Assembly: GCF_013004595.1 (NCBI RefSeq)
Contig: NZ_JABEMC010000008.1
Location: forward strand, 1 to 64,000
Source: Brevibacterium luteolum
Lineage (GTDB): Bacteria > Actinomycetota > Actinomycetes > Actinomycetales > Brevibacteriaceae
Reading direction: 5' to 3'
Length of the DNA: 64,000 nucleotides
Under the pieces are notes generated by a model, which made no database searches, was not told the origin of the DNA, and saw only the letters and a list, made by a program, of their open reading frames with translations. The position numbers and the translations under genes are program-made. Positions 40,910-50,962 of the stretch are shown here, piece after piece. The number at the start of each line of letters is the position of its first letter. Positions within the stretch are counted from its first letter, which is position 1.

Positions 40910-42361
40910 ATGCTCGACCACCGCATCGCAGACCTGTCCCTGGCCGAAGCCGGCCGCCATCAGATCCGCCTGGCCGAACGGGAGATGCCCGGACTCATGG
41001 CCCTGCGCGAGGAGTACGGCGCCGCGCAGCCGCTGGCCGGAGCGCGGATCGCCGGTTCCCTGCACATGACCGTGCAGACGGCTGTCCTCATCGAAACACT
41101 CACCGCGCTCGGTGCTGATGTGCGCTGGGCGTCGTGCAACATCTTCTCCACTCAGGACGAGGCGGCTGCCGCCGTGGTCGTCGGGGACGGCACCCCGGAG
41201 GCGCCCAACGGTGTGCCGGTGTTCGCGTGGAAGGGCGAGACGCTGGAGGAATACTGGTGGTGCACCGACCAGATCTTCCGGTTCGCCGACGGCCCGAACC
41301 TCATCCTCGATGACGGCGGGGACGCCACGATGCTGCTCATCGAAGGTGCCCGTGCAGAAGCCGCTGGCGGAGCGCCGGAGGCAGGGGAGGACGATCCGGA
41401 GGAGAAGCACGTCTTCCTCGACCGGGTGCGCCAGTCGCTTGCCGAAGACGCCCAGCGGTTCACGAAGATGAGCGAGCAGATGCTCGGCGTCAGCGAGGAG
41501 ACGACGACCGGTGTCAACCGGCTGTACCGGATGGCTGCAGCAGGTGACCTGAAGTTCCCGGCGATCAACGTCAACGACGCGGTCACGAAGTCGAAGTTCG
41601 ACAACCGCTACGGCATCCGCCATTCCCTGCCTGATGGCATCAACCGCGCCACTGACGTGCTCATCGGCGGCAAGGTCGCGCTCATCATCGGCTACGGCGA
41701 CGTCGGCAAGGGCGCTGCCGAGGCGATGCGCGGGCAGGGCGCCCGGGTGCAGATCACCGAGATCGACCCGATCTGCGCACTACAGGCTGCCATGGACGGC
41801 TACGAGGTCGTGCGCACCGAGGACGCGATCTCCTCAGCAGACTTCATCATCACCACGACGGGCAATACGAAGGTCATCACCGCCGAGCACCTCGCGCTTC
41901 TCAAGCCGGGTGCCATCGTCGGCAACGTCGGGCACTTCGACGACGAGATCGACCTGGCGGCAATGCGCCGCCAGTCCGGAGTCGAGGTCGTCGAGATCAA
42001 GCCGCAGGTCCACGAATGGACGGTGCCGGTGCCGGCTGAGGCCGGTCTGGATCGGAATGAGACGTCGTTCATCGTGCTCTCCGAGGGACGCCTGCTCAAC
42101 CTCGGCAACGCGACCGGGCACCCGTCATTCGTCATGAGTGCCTCGTTCACGAACCAGGTGATGGCCCAGATCGAGCTGTTCACCTCGCACGAGGACTACC
42201 CAGCCGGTGTGCACCGGCTGGCGAAGGAACTCGATGAGAAGGTCGCGCGACTGCATCTGCCGGCTCTCGGCGCTCACCTGAGCGAACTGACGAAGGAACA
42301 GGCCGAGTACATCGGCGTCGACGTGGCAGGGCCGTATAAGCCCGAGCACTACCGCTACTGA
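40910..42361 (+). CDS. ahcY: adenosylhomocysteinase
   Basis: [35 protein letters not shown] and GHPSFVMS. Confidence 0.98.
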   Translation: MLDHRIADLSLAEAGRHQIRLAEREMPGLMALREEYGAAQPLAGARIAGSLHMTVQTAVLIETLTALGADVRWASCNIFSTQDEAAAAVVVGDGTPEAPNGVPVFAWKGETLEEYWWCTDQIFRFADGPNLILDDGGDATMLLIEGARAEAAGGAPEAGEDDPEEKHVFLDRVRQSLAEDAQRFTKMSEQMLGVSEETTTGVNRLYRMAAAGDLKFPAINVNDAVTKSKFDNRYGIRHSLPDGINRATDVLIGGKVALIIGYGDVGKGAAEAMRGQGARVQITEIDPICALQAAMDGYEVVRTEDAISSADFIITTTGNTKVITAEHLALLKPGAIVGNVGHFDDEIDLAAMRRQSGVEVVEIKPQVHEWTVPVPAEAGLDRNETSFIVLSEGRLLNLGNATGHPSFVMSASFTNQVMAQIELFTSHEDYPAGVHRLAKELDEKVARLHLPALGAHLSELTKEQAEYIGVDVAGPYKPEHYRY

Positions 42362-43275
42362 GTCATCTGCGAATACACAGACGGGGCTGGTCGCTGCTGG
42401 CGGCCAGCCCCTGTCGTGTGTGCCGCCGGTCCAGGCTGGTGAGTCTCCGGGCGTGGGGCGTCGAGCGACAGGCCGAAGGGCAGCTGGCCGACGCGCTGCT
42501 GGAAGCGCTGGGCTGTGCGAGCGGTCTTCTCCATCTGCCGAGCGTGCTCAGCGCGGGTGCACCCGACGACGGCTGCGAGGAACTCCTCGGGCAGAGTGCC
42601 CTCTGGGGGAGCAGGGGCGATGTAGGGGTTGAGCTCCTCGGCCAACTCGACGGCACGGTCCCAGCGCGACTCGGGTTCGCGCAGGTGTGCCGAGATGAGG
42701 AACTGGGTGATGCGGTAGTACAAGCCGTTGGGGATCGCAGAGATATCCGCACTGCGTGCCCAGGCATGGAGCCGTGGCGGTACGTGGATCTGGGCGATGG
42801 GCGGCATCTTCGCACGTTCGTTGACAGCAATGGTTCCTGCCAGGTAGTCACCGAGGCGTTTCGACTGCGGTGAGAGCAGGCCGACGAGTGCGGCGAGTCC
42901 AGCAGCGGTGCCGAAGATCTCGAATCCGTAGAGCATTGCACGCAGGAACGAATGCCGTGCGCTGATCGCTCCGCCGTCGTCTCGTACGATGCGCAGACCG
43001 CAGATGAGCTTTCCGATCGACCTGCCACGGGTGAGGATCTCGACGGTGAACGGGACGATGAGCAGGCAGAAGACTGACAGCAGCAGAATAACGGTCCGGA
43101 AGATCAGGGGTTCGCTGATCATGAGTTCTTCTATCAACCACGTGGCTGAGACCAGGACGGCGATATAGAGCACCGTGATGATGACGTAGTCGATGGCACA
43201 CGACACGGCGCGCATCGCCAGCGATGCTGGGCGAATGTCTAGGGCGATCGCCTCGCCGGTCACAAGTGAGCTCAC
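42355..43275 (-). CDS. RDD-family membrane protein
   Basis: LVTGEA..LD, R....[17 protein letters not shown] and KRLGD.LAGT. Confidence 0.9.
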   Translation of the reverse strand: MSSLVTGEAIALDIRPASLAMRAVSCAIDYVIITVLYIAVLVSATWLIEELMISEPLIFRTVILLLSVFCLLIVPFTVEILTRGRSIGKLICGLRIVRDDGGAISARHSFLRAMLYGFEIFGTAAGLAALVGLLSPQSKRLGDYLAGTIAVNERAKMPPIAQIHVPPRLHAWARSADISAIPNGLYYRITQFLISAHLREPESRWDRAVELAEELNPYIAPAPPEGTLPEEFLAAVVGCTRAEHARQMEKTARTAQRFQQRVGQLPFGLSLDAPRPETHQPGPAAHTTGAGRQQRPAPSVYSQMTQ

Positions 43276-43481
43276 GCAATCATCCTGGCACAGGTGGGCA
43301 CGCCCAGCCAGTGACCGGTCCGGTCACCGCCAACAGGATTCACTTGTGGGAGCACTCATGAGTAGAGCCGGGCACTATGGAGTTATCAAACATCGTTCTG
43401 TCACTGCGGTGGTGCTGCAGGCAGCGCTGGTAGAGAAACGACTGAGAATCGTTTCGGGTAAGTCGGTGGCGGCGGTGTGGT

Positions 43482-45062
43482 CTAGTCAGTGGTGAGATTC
43501 AGGAGCTGTTGGGCGTGTGCCTGTCCGATGGGATTCGTCGGTGGCCTTGCTTGGAGTTGGTGTCCGCCGGGCAGTGTCCAGGTCAGCATCCCAGTGTCGG
43601 GACTGCGGGTGACTCTGAGTCTGTCTTCGGTTTTCATCTGATGATGCTGCCGGCACAACGGGTGGAGGTTTGCCATTGAGGTGGGTCCACCTCGTCCAGG
43701 GTCTTCATGATTGAACGGTTCGATGTGATCGAGCTCTGCTTTCACGGCGGAGCGATCACAACCAGGCAGAGTGCAGAACTGCCACTTCTCCACGAGAGCG
43801 ATCCGCATCTTCTCCGGGATCGTGTACGTTTCGGCCGCGTGATCGAGGACAGTGCCGTCGGTCGGGTCGGTCAGAATCCGGTAGACCGTCGGATGCCCCG
43901 TACCGGTGAGCTGGCGGGCGGTCTCGGGTGAGATCGGGTGACCATTGACCATCCCCGGAACACGTGCAGCATCGTCTTCCTCGTCGGTGTTCTTGTCGAG
44001 CAGGGTCAGTGCCGGGACCGTGATGGTGATGCGAGCTTGGCGCTTGAGCCACTCGCTATCGACCGGGCACTGAACACCGGTCTCAGCAAGAGTCTCGGCG
44101 ATCTTCTCAGCGGTCGCGTCGACGTCAATACCGGCTGGATTGGCAGCCTCGACAATCGTGGAGTCACTGTCGGTGGGCTGTGTGGTCAGCGTGCCTGCAG
44201 GTTGGGAGCCGGTGAGGAAGTCGAACATCAGCTCACCCATCCCCCGGTCGTCCACGATCTCGCGTCCTTCGGGCACCCCAAGTGGTGCGCCGAGGCCCTT
44301 GATGACGCTGCGGGCCATGCCAGCCAACCGCGCTTCTAAGAGCGCGATCTGGTGGGATGGGCCGCGGGCGATGAGGATCCCCAACCCGTGCGGCTCGTAG
44401 TAGGTCTCAACGGTGCGGCGATCCCGGACTTCTTTCGCGCGTTCCTCGCGCGTAACGAGTGTGGAAATCAGTTGCGTGACTGCTCGTTTGAACGTCGTCA
44501 TATCCGACACCCGGATCCGGACAAGCCCGGCATCGAAGTCCGCCAGATGCTCAGGCTCCAGACTCGTGGCGCGCCGGGCGCCGTGAAGATACCTGTCGTA
44601 GCCGATGACCCCGGCTCTAGCTAGGGACGTGAAGGCTGGCAGCCCGACGAGTCCTGCTGCAGCGACCTGCACACGGGAGCGAACATGCTTCACGGTGGTA
44701 TCGAGTGCGTCTGCCATGTGCATCAGCGACGTCGACGCTGTCCGTTCAACAAGCCAGGCGTAGGCGTTCCGGCGCTGCTCGGCCTCGTTCTTAAAGTCCG
44801 TGCCGTCACGGTCCGGGCGGCCGAGCGCACGCGGGTCAGCCGCGAGCTCACGGACCGCATCGACCTGCAGGGAGACATCCTCTGGTGAATCGGAAGCCGC
44901 ACGGGCGAGGAAAGCATCAAAGAGGAATCCAAGCCCAGTCATGCGGCGGTCGTCGATGTCCCGGTTGGTGGATTTCAGCCGGTAGAGGCAGTCAGCGAAA
45001 TCAGACGTGTCGACCACTGTATCGTTGCGGCGGGTCGTGATGACCTGTTCTTCCACGAGCAT
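43482..45062 (-). CDS. DUF222-type HNH endonuclease (13E12/Rv1128c-like)
   Basis: C-terminal CTLPGC...ELDHIEPF...GGPTSMANLHPLCRQHHQMKT; YRILTDP; SD AAGGGAGG before ATG 45062. Confidence 0.88.
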   Translation of the reverse strand: MLVEEQVITTRRNDTVVDTSDFADCLYRLKSTNRDIDDRRMTGLGFLFDAFLARAASDSPEDVSLQVDAVRELAADPRALGRPDRDGTDFKNEAEQRRNAYAWLVERTASTSLMHMADALDTTVKHVRSRVQVAAAGLVGLPAFTSLARAGVIGYDRYLHGARRATSLEPEHLADFDAGLVRIRVSDMTTFKRAVTQLISTLVTREERAKEVRDRRTVETYYEPHGLGILIARGPSHQIALLEARLAGMARSVIKGLGAPLGVPEGREIVDDRGMGELMFDFLTGSQPAGTLTTQPTDSDSTIVEAANPAGIDVDATAEKIAETLAETGVQCPVDSEWLKRQARITITVPALTLLDKNTDEEDDAARVPGMVNGHPISPETARQLTGTGHPTVYRILTDPTDGTVLDHAAETYTIPEKMRIALVEKWQFCTLPGCDRSAVKAELDHIEPFNHEDPGRGGPTSMANLHPLCRQHHQMKTEDRLRVTRSPDTGMLTWTLPGGHQLQARPPTNPIGQAHAQQLLNLTTD

Positions 45063-45197
45063 CGCGGCCACCTCCCTTGTGATCTACCGTGATCTTTGTT
45101 GTTTTAAGTCTAAGTGTGTTCGATATGCTGGAACAATAGTTTCGACTGCGTTCACATGAAACTCACATAAACATATGCCTGCTTCGAATCTAATCTC

Positions 45198-45219
45198 AGT
45201 CTGCCAGCACCCACTGACA
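45198..45219 (-). promoter_or_regulatory. RecA-NDp/PafBC-type DNA-damage promoter for the HNH gene
   Basis: minus strand TGTCAG-N10-CAGACT versus consensus TGTCRG-N10-TAnnnT. Confidence 0.55.
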
Positions 45220-45315
45220 TCCCTTCCCGCGAGCACCACCGCAACCACCACCTCGGGCACGGCCTGCGGCCTGCCCGCCGGAGGCACCCCTCACTTGCGG
45301 TTATGCTGGGATCCT

Positions 45316-46314
45316 ATGGACCCCGCACTCGTCGCCGAACGCCACGCTGGCGAATGGGAGCGCCTGTCGCGCCTGGCGAAGAAGAACACCCTCAGTCCCC
45401 ATGAGGCTGAGGAGTTCCTGCGCCTGTACCGGGCGGCGTCGAAGGACCTCTCGCGCATCCAGACGGTCGCCCCGGACTCGGAGATCTCGGTACGGCTGTC
45501 GAACATCGTGCACCGCTCGCGCACCCAGCTCACGGGCGTGCCGACCGGGGCAGGCGGGGCGCTCGCGCGGTTCTTCACCATCTCGCTGCCGGCCGCGCTC
45601 TACCGGCTGCGGTGGTTCTTCGTCTTCACCTTCGTCTTCTTCGTCGGCATCTCCGTGCTCACGACCCTCTGGGCCTACCACACGCCCGGCGTGCTGCCGG
45701 CCCTTGCTGATGAGGAGATGCGCCGCCAGCTGGCCGAACGCGACTTCAAGGAGTACTACTTCGAGCACCGCAACGAGGTCTTCGCCGTCGGTGTGTGGAC
45801 GAACAACGCCTGGATCGCGCTGCAGTGGGTGGCCCTGGGCATCACCGGGATCTACGTCATCTACGGGCTCATCGTCAACGCCGTCAACGTCGGCATCTCC
45901 GGGGCGATCATGTTCGAGTTCGACAAGGGCGGGGACTTCTTCTACTACATCCTGCCCCACGGCATCCCCGAGATCACCGGCATCCTCATCGCCGCCGCTG
46001 CCGGCCTGCGCATCTGCGTCGCCTGGGTCGTCCCCGGCCCGGAGCTGCGGCGCACCCGCTTGGCGCGGGAAGCCCGCACGACCATCACCGTCGGCCTCGG
46101 CCTCATCATCTATCTGTTCTTCTCCGGGCTCATCGAGGGCTTCATCACCCCTTCCGAGCTGCCCAACGTCATCCGCATGGGCTCCGGGATCCTGCTGACG
46201 GCGGCGATCTTCGCCTATGCGATCTACTTCGGCCGCCCTGCGCTCAAGGCGGGCCTGAGCGGGGACGTGTCCTCGGACAAGGCAGGCTACGACATCGTCG
46301 CCACAGACCGCTGA
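45316..46314 (+). CDS. SpoIIM/DUF95 family membrane protein
   Basis: MD......H..EWERL, LYR.AS.DLS, WTNN, LPHGIPE and SGLIEGFITP. Confidence 0.9.
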   Translation: MDPALVAERHAGEWERLSRLAKKNTLSPHEAEEFLRLYRAASKDLSRIQTVAPDSEISVRLSNIVHRSRTQLTGVPTGAGGALARFFTISLPAALYRLRWFFVFTFVFFVGISVLTTLWAYHTPGVLPALADEEMRRQLAERDFKEYYFEHRNEVFAVGVWTNNAWIALQWVALGITGIYVIYGLIVNAVNVGISGAIMFEFDKGGDFFYYILPHGIPEITGILIAAAAGLRICVAWVVPGPELRRTRLAREARTTITVGLGLIIYLFFSGLIEGFITPSELPNVIRMGSGILLTAAIFAYAIYFGRPALKAGLSGDVSSDKAGYDIVATDR

Positions 46315-46390
46315 TCCCGCGCCCGAGGCGCCGGGCCGGGTGGCGAGGAACCGCGCCCGAGGCGTGCCTCACCTCGGTGCCGGTGACCGG

Positions 46391-47683
46391 TTAGAGCTTG
46401 CCGCTTGCCTTGAGTGAGATGTAGAGGTCGGCCAGCTGCGGGGCGAGGTCCTCGGGCTCGGCGTGCACGGTGTGGATGCCGGCGTCGGAGAGGGCATGGC
46501 CGAGTGAGCGGGCGGCGAGCAGGTCGTGCTCGGCGGCTGCGGCGCGGTAGACCTGGGCGGGGGAGTAGACCTGGGATGCGAGGTCGCCGAGGTCGGGATC
46601 GGCGACCGAGGCGATCGCCAGCCGGTGCCGGGCGCGCAGCACCGGCAGAGCCGGCAGCATGTCCTGGGCGATGGTCCGCTCATCGAGGGCGGTGAGGAAG
46701 ACGACGAAGGCCCGCTGCGTGCTCAGCCGCAGCGTCTGGGTGACGATCTCGTTCCAGTCGGCGTCGATGAGCTCGGGGAACACATCGGCTAAATCGTTGG
46801 TCATGATGCCGAGCGGATCGGATCCGGAGATCGGGCCGATGTGCCGGCGCACGCGCGCATCGGCGACGAGGATGTCGACGCGGTCGCCGCCTCCGGAAGC
46901 CAGCGCTCCGAGGAGCATTGCGGCCTCCATCGCGGCATCGAAGGCGGTGCCGTCGCCCATCCGGCGGGCGGCCAGGCGCGAGGAGTCGAGGACTATGACG
47001 ACCCGGCGGTCGCGTTCGGGCCGCCACGTCTTGACCATGAGGTGCTGGGCGCGGGCGGTGGCCCGCCAGTCGATTGAGCGGACGTCGTCGCCGCGGACGT
47101 ATTCGCGCAGCGAGTCGAACTCGGTGCCCATGCCGCGGGTCATGAGCAGGGTGCGCCCGTCGAGCTCACGCAGCCGCGCGAGCTTGGACGGCAGGTGCTT
47201 GCGGGAGACGAACGGCGGCAAGACGCGGATCGCCGCCGGCACCTCGACCGACTGCTGACGGAGAGACAGACGCAGCGGCGAGGCCACCCGGACGGTGACG
47301 AGATCGGCCGGCAGCTCACCTCGGCGGGTGGGCACCAGCCGTGTCACGTGCTCATGCTGCTCACCGGCTGCCAGCCGAACCCGCAGCCGGTTGTCCTTAG
47401 CACCTGCCGACGGCGGCCAGGCATCGCGGATGTGCAGACTGGCGGCCCACTTACCGGCATTGATGACCGTCAGCGTCGAGTCCGTCTCATGGCCCAGCCG
47501 CACGCGCCGGCCGGGGGTGCGCTGCAGCCGGATCGTCGCAGGCGAAGCGGTGACCAGCCAGTCGAGGAACGCCACGAGCAGCACAGAGCCTAAGGCGATG
47601 CCGGTGGTTCCCCAACTGGGGAAGACCATGACCGGGATCGCCGCCAGCGCGACGAGGACGACGAAGCGCCAGGTGACGATCAT
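46391..47683 (-). CDS. DUF58 (vWA-like) protein
   Basis: GTEFDSLREYVRGDDVRSIDWRATAR, VVIVLDSSR and GGDRV. Confidence 0.92.
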   Translation of the reverse strand: MIVTWRFVVLVALAAIPVMVFPSWGTTGIALGSVLLVAFLDWLVTASPATIRLQRTPGRRVRLGHETDSTLTVINAGKWAASLHIRDAWPPSAGAKDNRLRVRLAAGEQHEHVTRLVPTRRGELPADLVTVRVASPLRLSLRQQSVEVPAAIRVLPPFVSRKHLPSKLARLRELDGRTLLMTRGMGTEFDSLREYVRGDDVRSIDWRATARAQHLMVKTWRPERDRRVVIVLDSSRLAARRMGDGTAFDAAMEAAMLLGALASGGGDRVDILVADARVRRHIGPISGSDPLGIMTNDLADVFPELIDADWNEIVTQTLRLSTQRAFVVFLTALDERTIAQDMLPALPVLRARHRLAIASVADPDLGDLASQVYSPAQVYRAAAAEHDLLAARSLGHALSDAGIHTVHAEPEDLAPQLADLYISLKASGKL

Positions 47684-48999
47684 CGCGGCACGCGGGTGGT
47701 GTCGATGATCGAGGCGAGCACCTGGTCGACGGTGATGCCGTCCATCTGCGCCTCCGGCCGCAGCATGACGCGGTGGCGGAAGGCCGGCGAGATGAGCGTC
47801 TTGACGTCATCGGGGGTGACGAACCCGCGCCCGGACATCCACGCCTGCGCCTGGGCTGCGGCCAGCAGCCGGGTGCCGCCGCGCGGGGAGATGCCCATCG
47901 CGAACGACGGTGCGCTGCGGGTGGCCTGCACGAGGTCGACGATGTAACCGAGCACCTCGGGATCGACGTAGATGTCACCGACCCGCTTCCCGGCCTCCAG
48001 GATCGTCGCAGCATCGGCGACGCGCTCGATCCCGGCATCGGACAGGCGCCGGCCGTCGAAGCCGTGGGCGTGGCGGGTGAGGATGTCAAGCTCGGTCTCG
48101 CGCTCGGGCAGCGTGAGCATGAGCTTGAAGAGGAACCGGTCGAGCTGCGCTTCGGGCAGGGGGTAGGTGCCGTCGTGCTCGATCGGGTTCTGGGTCGCGG
48201 CGACGACGAACGGCTGGGGCAGCCGGCGGGTCTGCCCGTCGACGGAGACCTGCCGCTCCTCCATCGCCTCCAGCAGTGCGGACTGGGTCTTCGGCGGGGT
48301 GCGGTTGATCTCATCGGCGATGAGCAGGTTGGTGAACACCGGGCCTTCGCGGAACTCGAAGTCGCCTGAGCGGGTGTCGTAGATCATCGAGCCGGTCACA
48401 TCGCCGGGCATGAGATCGGGGGTGAACTGCACGCGCGTCGAGTCGAGTTCGAGCGCCTCAGCCAGCGCGCGCACGAGCAGCGTCTTCGCCACGCCGGGCA
48501 CGCCTTCGAGCAGCACATGCCCGTGGCACAGCAGGGCCAGCAGGATCCCGTCGACGGCCTCATGCTGGCCGACGACCGCCTTGCCGACCTCCGTGCGCAC
48601 CGCGAGGAACCGCTCGCGCAGCTCGTGATCGCGGTCGGCCAGCTGGTGTTCGGCGGCCAGTCGCTCGTTAAGTCCCGGCTGCACCGTGCCCGAGGCGGTG
48701 GTCGCCTGGCCGTGGGCCGGCACCTGGCCGTGCGGCTGGCCTGGCATCTGTCCGGGAGCCGGCGCGTGCCCCGGTTGCTGGCCGGGCTGCTGGATCGGCA
48801 TCTGCCCGGTCTGGGGTGCGTGTTGTGGCGGCAGCGGCGCCTGACCCGGCTGCACACCGGGCTGACTGCCGACCGGACCACCGGGCTGGCTGCCGACCGG
48901 TACGCCGGGCCCGCCCGGCTGACCGCCCGACCCGAACGGACCAGCGGGCTGTCCCGGCTGCTGGCCGGGCTGCTGCGGATGGTGGGGAGTGTCGGTCAT
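47680..48999 (-). CDS. moxR: MoxR-family AAA+ ATPase with P/Q/G-rich N-terminal extension
   Basis: GHVLLEGVPGVAKT, QFTPDLMP, DEINRTPPKTQSALLEAM, ATQNP and AQLDRF. Confidence 0.95.
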   Translation of the reverse strand: MTDTPHHPQQPGQQPGQPAGPFGSGGQPGGPGVPVGSQPGGPVGSQPGVQPGQAPLPPQHAPQTGQMPIQQPGQQPGHAPAPGQMPGQPHGQVPAHGQATTASGTVQPGLNERLAAEHQLADRDHELRERFLAVRTEVGKAVVGQHEAVDGILLALLCHGHVLLEGVPGVAKTLLVRALAEALELDSTRVQFTPDLMPGDVTGSMIYDTRSGDFEFREGPVFTNLLIADEINRTPPKTQSALLEAMEERQVSVDGQTRRLPQPFVVAATQNPIEHDGTYPLPEAQLDRFLFKLMLTLPERETELDILTRHAHGFDGRRLSDAGIERVADAATILEAGKRVGDIYVDPEVLGYIVDLVQATRSAPSFAMGISPRGGTRLLAAAQAQAWMSGRGFVTPDDVKTLISPAFRHRVMLRPEAQMDGITVDQVLASIIDTTRVPR

Positions 49000-50240
49000 G
49001 TCGGGGAGACCTCGCTTTCGATGGCGGTGATGAGGACGGCGATGTCGGAGAGCTGCCGGTCGTTGGCCGGCACTCCCTCAAGATAGGCGTAGCGGACTTC
49101 GGCCAGGTCGCGGCCGGTGTGGGCGGCGATCGCAGCGCACAGCTGCTCGGGCCGCTCCTGGGAGGGCCGGGTGAGCCGCGCGGCGATGCGCAGCAGTGAA
49201 GCTGTGCGCAGCGAGTGCAGCGATGCGGTGCGGGCCCCGGCCCGCTGCATGAGTGCGGCGCGGCCGTGCACGGTCTCAACCGGCGGGACGACGACCGGCA
49301 GTCGTTCGACAGCCAGCGGCCCGAAGCGCCGGACCCGCCACCACAGCAGTGCGGCGGTGAGCGGGATGAGCCACAGCAGCGCGACCCCGAACCACGGCGG
49401 GATGAAGGTCAGCGCATCCGGTGTCTCCTCCTCGCTGGCCGAGGGCTGGTCGCCGGCCTGCGGCAGATAGACGACGAGGTTCTCGTGCTGGCCAAGCGCG
49501 TGCAGCATGAGCGCGGCATGACCCTCCTCGTCAAGCTCGGCGTTCGTCATCCACGCCCGCGCACCGAGCACCGTGACATCGGCGCCGCCCGCCTCGGCGC
49601 GGGCATAGGCACCCGAATCCGGCGGGACGCCGGGGAACGCGTAGCAGGTGGTGACTGCGTCTTCGTATCCCGGCGAGGCCGCGTAGAAGCCATCGGCGCC
49701 GCGCAGCTGCCCGGCGGCCACGGCGGCCGGGGATTGGCAGCCGGGCTGCAGCAGCTCGTTCTGCGCCTCGTTCTCGAAATAGGGCGCCATCCGCAGTGCT
49801 GGGGTGAAGTCCTCGACGTCATAACCGGGATCGGCGAGCACGAGCGAATTGCCGCCGGAGCGCACCGCCTCGCCGAGCTCTTCGCGCGTCTCGGTCTCGC
49901 CGTTGCCCTCAACGTCGAGGTAGAGCACCGTGGTGTCTGCCCCTGCGGCGGCCGTGCGCGCCTCCTGCCTGGATTCGGTGACCGTGACCTCGACGCCGCG
50001 CTCGCGCAGGATGTCCATGAGCGCCTTCGTGCCCGAGGGCTGCACGGACTCCGGGTGCAGCTCGCCGGTCTCCTCATCGAGGATCGAGAGGAAGAACCCA
50101 CCGATCGCGGTCACCAGGATGACAACCGCGGCGATGACCCACAGTGCTGCCGCCCGGGTGCCGCTGCGCAGCCGGTCGACCCGGCCCGGCCCGGTGTGCG
50201 CAGTCGTGCCGCGTACGGCGAGGTCGAGACTCGTGCTCAT
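48996..50240 (-). CDS. DUF4350-like membrane-anchored protein
   Basis: TM segment, P.S..PSGTKAL, RRFGPL..E.LPVVV and ETVHGRA; synteny with moxR. Confidence 0.82.
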   Translation of the reverse strand: MSTSLDLAVRGTTAHTGPGRVDRLRSGTRAAALWVIAAVVILVTAIGGFFLSILDEETGELHPESVQPSGTKALMDILRERGVEVTVTESRQEARTAAAGADTTVLYLDVEGNGETETREELGEAVRSGGNSLVLADPGYDVEDFTPALRMAPYFENEAQNELLQPGCQSPAAVAAGQLRGADGFYAASPGYEDAVTTCYAFPGVPPDSGAYARAEAGGADVTVLGARAWMTNAELDEEGHAALMLHALGQHENLVVYLPQAGDQPSASEEETPDALTFIPPWFGVALLWLIPLTAALLWWRVRRFGPLAVERLPVVVPPVETVHGRAALMQRAGARTASLHSLRTASLLRIAARLTRPSQERPEQLCAAIAAHTGRDLAEVRYAYLEGVPANDRQLSDIAVLITAIESEVSPT

Positions 50241-50962
50241 GCGCCGGCCTCCCCGCTGCCCGCGCCCGAGGCGGTGGTCGCCTGCGCAGGCTCCGCGCCC
50301 GAGGCGGTGGCCGAGCTGGCGGCTCCCGAGGCGGCGGACCGCGTGGAGACGGCCTGGGAGGTAGCGGCGGTGATCCGCTCGGCGCGGGCGAGCAGGTCCT
50401 GCCAGTCAGCGGCTGTGGCTTGGGCTTCGCCGAAGGTCACGGCGTCGAACAGCCCACCGGCGGCATGCGCATCGGCGGTGGCCGGCGGGCAGGCAGAAGC
50501 GGCCGCGCGGGCCAGCTCCGAGGCGGTCGAGGCGGCGGTCATGTCGATGAGACTCAGCGAAACGAACTGGGCGAAGATCGCCCGCACTCCGTTCTGCACT
50601 GCCAGCGTGTAGTCACCCCCGGCGGCTGCCGCATGCGCGGCGTCCCAGAAGGCCTGCGGGTTGATCGTCTCGGCCCGCTGGGCGGGGTCGAAGGCGGCGA
50701 GGTCGACGCCGCCGCTGGTGCCGCGGCGGACCCGCCAGATGACGAGCACGACGAGCCCGATGATGAGTGCGGCGATGACGAGCAGCGTCCACGGCGAGTC
50801 GATCGCGGCAGCGCTGCTGATGAGCCCGTCGAAGAACCGGTCGATGGCCCGGCCGAGCTTCTCCAGCGGGGACAGGTCGGCGTCGCGGTAATCCGGTTCG
50901 GACAGCTTCTTCTCAGCCCAGCGGCGGGCCTCATCGCGCTCAGGGGCCAGGGGAGTGCTCAT
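50237..50962 (-). CDS. DUF4129-like membrane protein
   Basis: P.RDEARRWA...LS.P.Y, TM segment, TASE and FDAVTFG; synteny. Confidence 0.8.
   Translation of the reverse strand: MSTPLAPERDEARRWAEKKLSEPDYRDADLSPLEKLGRAIDRFFDGLISSAAAIDSPWTLLVIAALIIGLVVLVIWRVRRGTSGGVDLAAFDPAQRAETINPQAFWDAAHAAAAGGDYTLAVQNGVRAIFAQFVSLSLIDMTAASTASELARAAASACPPATADAHAAGGLFDAVTFGEAQATAADWQDLLARAERITAATSQAVSTRSAASGAASSATASGAEPAQATTASGAGSGEAGA

Larger units (their letters stand above)
43340..45300. mobile_element. putative HNH-carrying insertion between RDD and SpoIIM genes
   Basis: direct repeat TCACTTG(T/C)GG at 43340-43349 and 45291-45300; 12-bp inverted repeat at 43405-43416 and 45232-45243; AT-richer flanks. Confidence 0.45.
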
